Of a DNA stretch of 64,000 nt, positions 10,492-18,253 are shown one piece after another; positions within the stretch are counted from its first letter, which is position 1, and each line of letters starts with the position of its first letter. A program made the translations under genes and the position numbers. The notes beneath the pieces were generated by a model. The model saw only the letters and a program-made list of their open reading frames with translations, was not told the DNA's origin and made no database searches. Origin of the DNA: Candidatus Binatus sp. (GTDB lineage: Bacteria > Desulfobacterota > Binatia > Binatales > Binataceae); the NCBI RefSeq assembly GCF_050013435.1, contig NZ_JBEKFG010000001.1:12556-76555 (forward strand), read 5' to 3'.

Positions 10492-11724
10492 TCAGGTGCG
10501 CGCGCCGATAACATTCAACAGGCGCGAAACCAATGTATTTGCGGAATTGCCGTCGGTGGTTTCATTGCCCACCTCGAGCCGGCGCGCCAGCTCCTCGACG
10601 CTCTTGGCCAGCGGCGAGTTCGGCGCCACCTGCCACAAATCCTGTGCGCTCAACTGCACGCGCTCGAGAACTTTTTCATCGCGCGGAATCCGCGTGTAAA
10701 TCGGCTGCGCCAGCGTATGGCTGAGCTGCTCTTCACTGATCGGATGACCCGGCACGAAACGGCTCAGAATGAAGCTCGGTTCGATTCCCGGCAGCCCCAG
10801 CCGCCCCACCAGATCGACGAATCGCCACGCGCATCGTGCCGCGCCGATCGACTGGTCCAGTACATAGAACAGATTTTTCGAGCGCTCCCAGGCGGCGACC
10901 GTGTTTGCGTCGATATGCGTGCCGCAATCCACGATCACGTAGTCGAACAGTTGACGCGTCAGATCGAGAATCGCACCGACCGTCGCGTCAGTGACCAACT
11001 CGCTGTCCTCGATGCGCTTGGGCGCCGCGAGCAGGTAGATTCCCGACGCATGCTTGCTGAGCGCTGATTCGAGTTGAATCGAATCCAGCTTTCGCGTCCC
11101 CTCGGCCAGAGCCATGATCGTGCGCTCGGGTTCGAGATTCAGGTACACCGACAACCCGCCGGTCTGCAGGTCGAGATCTATTACCGCAACCCGCTTTTCG
11201 AACGCGTAGCGCAGGGCCAAGGCGAGGTTCGCCGCCAGGCTCGTCACTCCGGTGCCGCCGATCAGGCTCACCAGCGAAACGATCGTGCCGCCGCCGTTGT
11301 GAACGTTGTGAACTTCTTCGCGCCGGCGGGTCTCGCTTATCTTGAGCAGTGCCCGGGTCGCGTCTCCGGGATCCAGCGGCATGAACAGAAGCTCATCGGC
11401 TCCGGCCCTCAGCACCCGCTTCATCAGGTCCGGAGAACGATCATGCAGCAGCGCGAAAAGAGCCGGGCGGGGCTCCTGCAACGCCTGCGCGCTCAGATAG
11501 TTCAGAGATACTTCGTTGTCGCCGTTGAACACCACCATCGTGACGTCGACGGAGGCGTCGGCCGCGGCTTCCGGATCCGGTTCGACTTCCAGGATGTCCA
11601 GCACCGGGTCGCCCATGGCGGCGAGGGCATCCCGCACTTCGGCGCGATGCTCCCCGTCCCCGCCAACTAATTGGACCTTCAGCCCGCCGTTACGTACTTC
11701 GCTTTTTTTACCGAGCGCTGACAC
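10492..11724 (-). CDS. cpaE: CpaE/TadZ: REC-like N-domain plus atypical ParA/MinD ATPase
   Basis: N-terminal receiver-like fold followed by a deviant Walker A (IGGTGVTSLAANLALAL). Sits between cpaC and cpaF. Confidence 0.85.
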   Translation of the reverse strand: MSALGKKSEVRNGGLKVQLVGGDGEHRAEVRDALAAMGDPVLDILEVEPDPEAAADASVDVTMVVFNGDNEVSLNYLSAQALQEPRPALFALLHDRSPDLMKRVLRAGADELLFMPLDPGDATRALLKISETRRREEVHNVHNGGGTIVSLVSLIGGTGVTSLAANLALALRYAFEKRVAVIDLDLQTGGLSVYLNLEPERTIMALAEGTRKLDSIQLESALSKHASGIYLLAAPKRIEDSELVTDATVGAILDLTRQLFDYVIVDCGTHIDANTVAAWERSKNLFYVLDQSIGAARCAWRFVDLVGRLGLPGIEPSFILSRFVPGHPISEEQLSHTLAQPIYTRIPRDEKVLERVQLSAQDLWQVAPNSPLAKSVEELARRLEVGNETTDGNSANTLVSRLLNVIGART

Positions 11725-11808
11725 TTTACATTCTCCCTGCTTCAGCTATGTGGTGTCATATCATGCACTAAATACTCGGTTGTGTCTCGTTCTCCGCCCA
11801 ACCTCGAA

Positions 11809-13743
11809 CTAGAATCTCGGCCGTGACGCGTCAGGCTGCGCCAAACGACGCGTCTCGATCTGCTCATGCGTCAGCTCAGGCACCGCAGTCGGGTTGTAAA
11901 CCGAGGCGCCATCGGGCAGCGGGCGCACGATTTGCGGGGTTACGCTTATGACCAGGTCCGTTTCGGTGTTGTTATAGCTGGTGTTGCGGAACAGTCCGCC
12001 GAGATACGGGATGTCACCCAAGTACGGGACTTTTTGAACCTGAGTCGTCTTTTGGTGCAGGATGAGGCCCGCGATGATCAGCGTCTGATTGTCCTTGAGC
12101 TGTACCATTGTTTCCGCGCGCCGAGTCACGAATGCCGGTATGGTGAAGCCGAACATCGACACGCCTGCGGCGTAATCGGGCTGCGATACTTCAGGCTTCA
12201 CCAGCAACTCGATATCATCGCGGCCGATGACGGTTGGAACGAATTCGACCATGGTACCGAACTGCTTGAAGACGATTGAGGTATTCAGTGCCTGGGCGAT
12301 GACGATTGGAATTTCGCCACCCGACAGGAACTTTGCCTCTTCACCGGAATTAGCCAGCAGCTGCGGTTGCGCGAGAAGCTTCGCGAGGCTGTGGGTCTCG
12401 AGGAACTGGAACAGCCCCTGCAACTGGTAGTCACTATTCCCCAACGCCAAGCCATAAGTGAGCGACGGCGACAGCAGCATCCCGATAAGCGATCCACCTG
12501 GCGGCAGGGTGTTACCGGATGAACTAGTGGTTCCGTTGGCAGCCGTGAAGCTCGTCGAAGCGGAAAACGGCGTCGCCGGAGAGCCTGGAACTTGGACCAG
12601 CGATACTCCCGCATGGCTGAGCGCGAGCGACAGGGCGGTGCCCTGGTTCTCGATGGCGGAGCGGTCCAGTTCCGCCACCATCGTTTGCAGCAACACCTGC
12701 TGCTTGCCATTGGGATCGATTCGCACCGGGCGTTCGACGTACTGGCCTTGTTGATTCCAGACCGCCAAAGTCGTGAAGCCCGGCTTATGGCCTATCAGAT
12801 TGACCTGGAACGGATTGATCACCTGGATATCGGCGACGGTAGTGTCAGCGATCGACACGCGGCGCAGCCGGTTCCTAAAGTCGATAATTCTCGACGCGCC
12901 CGTCTGCAGCTGCACTCCATCGTCGGGCAGATAGTGGGGTCCGCCTGAAATCGCACCCGATTCCAATACGCCGCCATTTAGGCTGATCGACGGGTCGCTG
13001 CGATAGCGCTCGCTCGACAGTGCTTCAGCCGTCTGATTGTAGTGCGGCGGAGCATATGAAGCCGCCGGAACCGACGGAGCGTAATTGAACGTCGACGTAT
13101 TAACAGTAGCCAGCGCGGTTCCTGTCTCGGGCGCTGTCACCATCGGCGCAGGTGCCATTGGCGCCGTGGTCACCGGCGCGGCTGCGGCTGGCGATGCGGC
13201 TGCAACTGTTTCCGAGCCGGCCACGGTCGTGGCGGTTCCTGTCGATGAGGACGAAGACGAGGAAGATGACGAAGACGGACTCACCGGGCCTGCGCCCGCA
13301 TCGAGCGTCGCGACTACTGGAGCAGCCGCACTGCCCGAGGACCGGCCGGAGCCCGAGATTGGCCCCGGGCTGGTGCCGGGATGATTGATGTTAAAGGCGT
13401 TGCCGACTGATCTGACCGTCACGTCATAGTTGACTTGGTCACCATTCGCCGTCTTGATCTGAATGTTCCATTCACCTGCTTCCGCACCCAGCAGGACGAC
13501 CTTGCCCGGCTCCTCGTTGTGCACGATCAGCGCGTGTGGATTCGTGATCACCTTCACCCCCGGAACATCGCCGGGGCTGACGTTGTTGATTACGTAGCTC
13601 TCGCCCGCATTCAGCGCGACAGACATTCCCGCGCCGGTGCCGTCGGCGGCAAGCAGCAGGCCGGGTTGAAGCATGAGTATGCTGATCGCTGCAACCGGCC
13701 ACGAAAGCAGTCCATATCCTCGTCGAGCTTTCATCTTCTTCAC
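11809..13743 (-). CDS. cpaC: CpaC/RcpA outer-membrane secretin with a long Ser/Ala/Pro-rich linker
   Basis: Signal peptide. Two pilus N-terminal domains. C-terminal secretin domain (LLQTMVAELD...VPYLGDIPYLGGLFRNT...ETDLVISVTPQIV). About 165 aa of low-complexity linker including an S11 run. Confidence 0.9.
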   Translation of the reverse strand: MKKMKARRGYGLLSWPVAAISILMLQPGLLLAADGTGAGMSVALNAGESYVINNVSPGDVPGVKVITNPHALIVHNEEPGKVVLLGAEAGEWNIQIKTANGDQVNYDVTVRSVGNAFNINHPGTSPGPISGSGRSSGSAAAPVVATLDAGAGPVSPSSSSSSSSSSSTGTATTVAGSETVAAASPAAAAPVTTAPMAPAPMVTAPETGTALATVNTSTFNYAPSVPAASYAPPHYNQTAEALSSERYRSDPSISLNGGVLESGAISGGPHYLPDDGVQLQTGASRIIDFRNRLRRVSIADTTVADIQVINPFQVNLIGHKPGFTTLAVWNQQGQYVERPVRIDPNGKQQVLLQTMVAELDRSAIENQGTALSLALSHAGVSLVQVPGSPATPFSASTSFTAANGTTSSSGNTLPPGGSLIGMLLSPSLTYGLALGNSDYQLQGLFQFLETHSLAKLLAQPQLLANSGEEAKFLSGGEIPIVIAQALNTSIVFKQFGTMVEFVPTVIGRDDIELLVKPEVSQPDYAAGVSMFGFTIPAFVTRRAETMVQLKDNQTLIIAGLILHQKTTQVQKVPYLGDIPYLGGLFRNTSYNNTETDLVISVTPQIVRPLPDGASVYNPTAVPELTHEQIETRRLAQPDASRPRF

Positions 13744-13764
13744 CTTGCCTTCTTCGTGGGTTGC

Positions 13765-14868
13765 TTATGGTATGTCGATTGTTTTCGGCGTCGGCACGTG
13801 ATCCGCCGCCGCATTGATGGGCGCCCTGGCCGGCGCGATATCGCTGTTCACGGGCGCCGCCACGAGGTCGTGATGATTGGAATCAGGAGTGCTCGAATCC
13901 GCCGATGAGGGCGCCGCAGCGGCGCCGTCGTCGTTGTTGTTATCAAATTGTGCCGCCGCCTTGCGTGAATGGCCCGGCGAGTTCTTTGTGCCGTCGCCGC
14001 CCGCCGCCGCTTCGTTCACAAACGAGACTGACTCGGACGACTTGCCGTTGCGAAGAATCTCGATCTCGACCGGCTTGGTCCGGCGCGGTGCCGCTATCTC
14101 ATGATGAGGCTCCTCGGGCTTCGCAGCCATCACCGGAACATCGGGCGTCAGGCTGTAGGACCGCAGCATCTGAGCGGTGTCGGTGCCGTTGGTCAGAACG
14201 ATTTTGTTATCATTGTAATTGCGCATCGCCAGACGCAGCGTTCCCGAGCGACTTGCCAGCGCCAGGCGCTCGGCCTCCTGCGGCGTGACCAGCAGCGTGA
14301 CGACTTTCACCACCGTCGGCGCGTCCTTCGTTTCCTCGACTTCCTGCGCCACGGCGAGCACTTCGACGTTCTGCAGAACTACTTTCGAAAACGCCCGGTC
14401 AGGGCCTGTGCTGCCGCCTTGGGTCGATACCAGCACGTCCACCCGGCTATGTGGCAGCACGAAGCCCGCGACATCGCTGACTTCATCCACCGGAACCGAC
14501 ACGGCGCGCATCCCGAACGGAATTAACAGCGGCATCACGCCCGCCGTCTTGTCCCCGCTGAACAGCTTGGAGCGCACCACCGGCTCGTTGGCTACCAACG
14601 AGTTCCTCACGAAGCTGCCGATGACCTGTTTGGGATCGGTGTACGCGCCATCCGGGATACTGTCGGCCGACCAGCGCGTCAATTTTACTTCGCCCAGGTC
14701 AATTTTTGTGCCGAGCGGAAGATCGTACGCCGCGACCACCACCTGTACGTTATGCGCCATCGCCTGCTGTACTTGGGCCTCTCTCGATTTCAAGGCGGAG
14801 TACACCATTACCGAAGCCAGCATCGCCGCCAGCCCTGCTAGTAAGACGAATACCATCGGTCGTCTCAT
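13765..14868 (-). CDS. cpaB: CpaB/RcpC Flp pilus assembly protein (SAF domain) with a low-complexity C-terminal extension
   Basis: N-terminal TM (MRRPMVFVLLAGLAAMLASVMVY). SAF/RcpC-like core (VVVAAYDLPLGTKI...). About 100 aa of Ala/Pro/Asp/Asn-rich tail. Confidence 0.85.
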   Translation of the reverse strand: MRRPMVFVLLAGLAAMLASVMVYSALKSREAQVQQAMAHNVQVVVAAYDLPLGTKIDLGEVKLTRWSADSIPDGAYTDPKQVIGSFVRNSLVANEPVVRSKLFSGDKTAGVMPLLIPFGMRAVSVPVDEVSDVAGFVLPHSRVDVLVSTQGGSTGPDRAFSKVVLQNVEVLAVAQEVEETKDAPTVVKVVTLLVTPQEAERLALASRSGTLRLAMRNYNDNKIVLTNGTDTAQMLRSYSLTPDVPVMAAKPEEPHHEIAAPRRTKPVEIEILRNGKSSESVSFVNEAAAGGDGTKNSPGHSRKAAAQFDNNNDDGAAAAPSSADSSTPDSNHHDLVAAPVNSDIAPARAPINAAADHVPTPKTIDIP

Positions 14869-15117
14869 ATCGCCCCTCCCCTCCGGCCGCTTCGTGCCTG
14901 ACCGGCAATCTTCAGATAGTTAAATATACAAGCCATTTTATTATTCTTTCATGCCAACCGAGTACTCGGCAGAATGGCGGGGAAACCAACTACTATTAGA
15001 TGTAGATGCGAGCCGGGAAAAGTCTCAGGTTTGATGCAGATGGGCAGAATAATACTCTTACGGCGTGTAATTGAATCTACCGCCACGATACGTACCCCCA
15101 AATGTGCGGGTCGCTGA

Positions 15118-15228
15118 CTATACGAGAGGACCCACGTGGTTGACTAACGCCGAGACGATATTACCCGCATTCTGAATTAGAGCAATACATGCCGCGGCGA
15201 CTTTTGCGAGGATTATTGCCTCGGTCAT
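15118..15228 (-). pseudogene. Flp-pilin-like remnant with the leader out of frame
   Basis: ORF below the 60-aa cutoff: MTEAIILAKVAAACIALIQNAGNIVSALVNHVGPLV. It parallels the mature part of flp (MTEYALILAAVAVVVYVGYQTMGSDIGSLLGRVDSQL). The upstream cgt-ggt-cag-act (RGQT, as in the flp leader) is displaced by 1 nt relative to the ATG. Confidence 0.4.
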
Positions 15229-15397
15229 GAGTCTGACCACGCGAACTTACCGATTGTCCGGTAAGCACTCTCCTGCTGGCTCATTGACTTCCCCTCCCAG
15301 GGTGGTCGTCACTTCTGGAGTCGTCTCTCTTTGCGGGGCCTCTGTTGGAGCCCCGCCAGGAGACCACGGCTCCTGACGACCGTCAAGCCATCGACAG

Positions 15398-15547
15398 CTA
15401 GATGTTTGAGTCAACCAACCCGAACAGCAAACCGATTGTCGTCCCCGTCGTCTGGTAGCTCACGAAAACGACCGCCGCCACTATCAGCTGCCTGATTATT
15501 TTTAAGTGGGGTGGCGGATGGGTTAGTCCGCCACCCCGGGATTTCAT
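15398..15547 (-). CDS. divergent Flp-like small protein lacking the G/xxxxEY processing motif (possibly decayed paralog)
   Basis: 49-aa ORF MKSRGGGLTHPPPHLKIIRQLIVAAVVFVSYQTTGTTIGLLFGLVDSNI, starting 9 nt after the flp stop. Its C-terminal 30 aa align with flp (LILAAVAVVVYVGYQTMGSDIGSLLGRVDSQL). The Shine-Dalgarno spacing is poor. Confidence 0.4.
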   Translation of the reverse strand: MKSRGGGLTHPPPHLKIIRQLIVAAVVFVSYQTTGTTIGLLFGLVDSNI

Positions 15548-15556
15548 CCTTCTGGC

Positions 15557-15727
15557 CTACAGCTGGCTGTCCACCCTGCCCAGCAAAGACCCGATGTCCG
15601 AGCCCATGGTCTGGTAACCCACGTAAACCACGACCGCGACTGCGGCCAGGATCAACGCGTATTCTGTCATCGTCTGACCGCGCTGATATTCGCGCACCTT
15701 CACAATCATCCTCGTGATCATATCCAT
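15557..15727 (-). CDS. flp: Flp/Fap family type IVb pilin
   Basis: Start trimmed to ATG 15727 (AGGAGG 9 nt upstream). Product is MDMITRMIVKVREYQRGQT|MTEYALILAAVAVVV..., with the Flp prepilin motif G-xxxx-EY followed by a hydrophobic stretch. 56 aa. Confidence 0.85.
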   Translation of the reverse strand: MDMITRMIVKVREYQRGQTMTEYALILAAVAVVVYVGYQTMGSDIGSLLGRVDSQL

Positions 15728-15910
15728 TTTCCCGTGTCCTCCTGTCGTTTTTTTAGCCGAAATTGGCATTGTCCCCATTAATTAATCCGTAGCCTCGTTC
15801 AACCTCGCACCGCAGTCCAACGGCACCATCCTGCTTCGAATTCTTCTCCCTTTGAAAGACGATCATCGCTTGCGGCAACTTTTGCTGGTGCCAGAGCGAG
15901 ATTTAAGGGG

Positions 15911-15926
15911 AGCATCTCTCGTGCCA
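15911..15926 (-). promoter_or_regulatory. candidate sigma-54 (-24/-12) promoter for flp
   Basis: Minus strand reads TGGCAC-GAGAG-ATGCT: a perfect -24 element, the -12 GC is present, and spacing is correct. Lies about 185 nt upstream of the flp ATG inside an AT-rich intergenic region. Confidence 0.45.
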
Positions 15927-16257
15927 TCTTGATCTACTCAGCAATCTCTTCGACTTTCTTAATTTATGCCCGATTACCATAGGCTAACGCGCGCAGTGGT
16001 GCAACTATCGGTTGCTAAGGCGCAACAAATTCAGTCAGATAAGACGTGCCATTAGGAAGTAAAGACAGTTAAAGACGGCTTCACTAAGAATAGCTTAGCT
16101 AAGCAATATAAACCAGAAAAATATTCTTCGTATCGAGCTAAATTATTAAATACTTGGCATGAAATTCAAATAGTGTGCACGAAATCACGCTACAATTGGT
16201 ACGCATAACATTACAAATAGTGGGCATGAGGTTCCGGATCGGGATAGCCGGCCGGCT

Positions 16258-16677
16258 TCAGTTGACGGGTTCGAAGGTAATCAGATCGCCCACCTGCGTC
16301 GAACTCTCGTCCGCCGCACCAGCCGGAAGTTCGAGTGCCGTTCGTGCTCCAATTACGATCGAGGAGACGTGCCACGGCCTCAGGCGCCGATTGATCTTGA
16401 TGACCGTGTTGCCGCGCCCCAGGAAAACGATATCGATCGCGAAACGCATGAAGAACATGTGCATCCACATGAACGGCGTGAATCGCCCGTTATCGAATAG
16501 CATCCCCGTTCCGGGCTCGAGGCCGTCGCGACCCAGCAACCCGCGTCTCTGACCGCCCCGACCGCCGGCGTTGTCGAGCCGCGCGCAGAGCACGGTCCCG
16601 CGGGATCGATTGATCGCTCGGAGTGGAGATTGCGGCGTCGGCGCCGGCGGCCCATCGGGTGGTTGGGGCTGTCTCAT
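16258..16677 (-). CDS. DUF192 (COG1430) domain protein
   Basis: Only the C-terminal 139 aa of track ORF 16258..17208 look real. Evidence: GLLGRDGLEPGTGMLFDN...FMWMHMFFMRFAIDIVFLGRGNTV...ALELPAG...GDLITF. Start set at ATG 16677. Confidence 0.6.
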   Translation of the reverse strand: MRQPQPPDGPPAPTPQSPLRAINRSRGTVLCARLDNAGGRGGQRRGLLGRDGLEPGTGMLFDNGRFTPFMWMHMFFMRFAIDIVFLGRGNTVIKINRRLRPWHVSSIVIGARTALELPAGAADESSTQVGDLITFEPVN

Positions 16678-16710
16678 TCCGTCATCATGTAATAAACTCG
16701 CGTAAGTTTC

Positions 16711-17412
16711 ATGGGATACCTTCCGATATTTTTCGACGTGACCGGCCGCGAATGTGCCGTAGTCGGTGGCGGCGAGGTCGCCGCCGGCAAGGTCGAATCG
16801 CTGTTGGAGGCCGGCGCTCGCGTGACGGTCGTGAGTCCGCGGCTGTCGCCGTCGTTGGAGGCAATCGTTGCGCGAGGGCTCGTGACTCACATTGCTCGTG
16901 ATTATGCGCGCGGCGATATGCGCGGATGCGTGCTCGTCTATGCGGCGACCGACGATCCGAAACTCCATCGCGAGCTTGCCGCCGAGGCGCGCGCGCTCGG
17001 AATCCCGATAAACGTCGTCGACGTCCCCGAGTTGTGCACGTTCATCGCGCCCGCGGTTGTCAAGCGCGGCGCGCTCCAAATCGCAATCTCGACCGCAGGT
17101 GCGTCGCCCGCCTTTGCGTCCCGGCTGAAAAGCGCACTCGAGCAACAGTTCGGGACCGAGTACGCGGTCACGCTCGAAGTGCTGCGCGCCGCTCGCCGGC
17201 GGTTGCACGCCGATGAAATCGATCCCGCCGATCGCATGCGGCGGCTGAAGGACCTCGCCAACTCCGCGCTGCCCGAGGCGATTGCCATCGGCGACCTGGC
17301 CGCGATCGAGCGGATACTCGCCACTTGTTTGGGTGGCGGTGTTGGTCTGGCCCGGCTCGGAATCGACTCGGCCGCGCTCGGCCTCACGCGCGCAACGGAA
17401 GTTCCGGAGTGA
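16711..17412 (+). CDS. precorrin-2 dehydrogenase / sirohydrochlorin ferrochelatase (siroheme synthase N-domain, SirC/Met8 type)
   Basis: MGYLPIFFDVTGRECAVVGGGEVAAGKVESLLEAGARVTVVSP (Rossmann fold) and IPINVVDVPELCTFIAPAVVKRGALQIAISTAGASP. Confidence 0.85.
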   Translation: MGYLPIFFDVTGRECAVVGGGEVAAGKVESLLEAGARVTVVSPRLSPSLEAIVARGLVTHIARDYARGDMRGCVLVYAATDDPKLHRELAAEARALGIPINVVDVPELCTFIAPAVVKRGALQIAISTAGASPAFASRLKSALEQQFGTEYAVTLEVLRAARRRLHADEIDPADRMRRLKDLANSALPEAIAIGDLAAIERILATCLGGGVGLARLGIDSAALGLTRATEVPE

Positions 17413-17417
17413 ATCGC

Positions 17418-18251
17418 ATGCCGATGGACACGCTATGGCTATTGCCCGCGCTTGCTTGTTACGCGCTCTCTGCCGCGTTGTTCGTGTTCGATCGCTTGTC
17501 GGGCCGTACGCAAGCGACCGGCTACGCAGTTGCGATACTTGGCGCGGGCGTGGTCTGTCACGCTTGCGATTTGGCGGCGCGCGGTCTGCAGGCCGGCAAT
17601 ATCCCGGTGGCCAATTTTGCGCAGGCGCTGTCGTTTCTTGCGTGGCTTACCGCGCTGGCGGGGCTGGTGATGATCGTGCGCATGAGACTGGCGGTGATCG
17701 GCGCATTCGTGGCGCCGGCGGTAACACTGGCTCTAGGAGCCGCTTCTCTCACGATGAGCAGCGGGCGCGTGGTTTTGCCGGCTACCCTGCGCAGCGTATG
17801 GCTGCCGATTCACGTCACCCTCGCCATCCTGGGCTACACGATGTTCGTGCTGGCGGCGAGCGTGAGTATCGCCTACCTGGCCTACGAGTCGCGGCTGAAG
17901 TCCAAGCGCGCGATCGGTCCGGCCAACGAAGGCGGCCCGAGTCTCGAAAAGCTCGACCGAATCAACTATCGCCTGCTGGGATGGGGCTTCGTAATGCTCA
18001 GCCTGGCGATCGTGAGCGGCGCGATTTGGGCCGACGCGAGGTGGGGGCATTTCTGGTCATGGGAGCCCATTGAATCCTGGTCGCTGGCGATTTGGGTGCT
18101 CTACGCGGGTCTGCTCGAATCCCGCCTTACGATAGGATGGCGCGGGCGGCGCGCCGCGGCGCTCACTTTAGTGGTGTTCTGCTTGTTGGTCGGTTCGATC
18201 GTGGGCGTTAATCTGATTTTCCCGGGCAAACACGGCGGCAGTTTCGGCTGA
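17418..18251 (+). CDS. cytochrome c assembly protein (CcsA/HemX-like) in the heme cluster
   Basis: Polytopic protein. Trp-rich motif WADARWGHFWSWEPIESWSLAIW. Start at ATG 17418 just after the sirC-like stop. Sits upstream of hemA, as in many hem operons. Confidence 0.75.
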   Translation: MPMDTLWLLPALACYALSAALFVFDRLSGRTQATGYAVAILGAGVVCHACDLAARGLQAGNIPVANFAQALSFLAWLTALAGLVMIVRMRLAVIGAFVAPAVTLALGAASLTMSSGRVVLPATLRSVWLPIHVTLAILGYTMFVLAASVSIAYLAYESRLKSKRAIGPANEGGPSLEKLDRINYRLLGWGFVMLSLAIVSGAIWADARWGHFWSWEPIESWSLAIWVLYAGLLESRLTIGWRGRRAAALTLVVFCLLVGSIVGVNLIFPGKHGGSFG

Positions 18252-18253
18252 GA

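Noticed and set aside
9493-11067. 524-aa plus-strand ORF across cpaF/cpaE
   Set aside because: It lies antisense to two clearly recognisable Tad genes. Composition is low-complexity and Arg/Asp-rich. No RBS and no domain signature.
15870-15895. Second TGGCAC on the flp strand (complement of ...ttgctggtgccag...)
   Set aside because: The nearest downstream TTGC is 9 nt away rather than 5, so the -24/-12 spacing is wrong.
16678-17208. N-terminal 177 aa of track ORF 16258..17208
   Set aside because: It overlaps the well-supported sirC-like gene on the opposite strand. Only the C-terminal DUF192 portion looks like protein.
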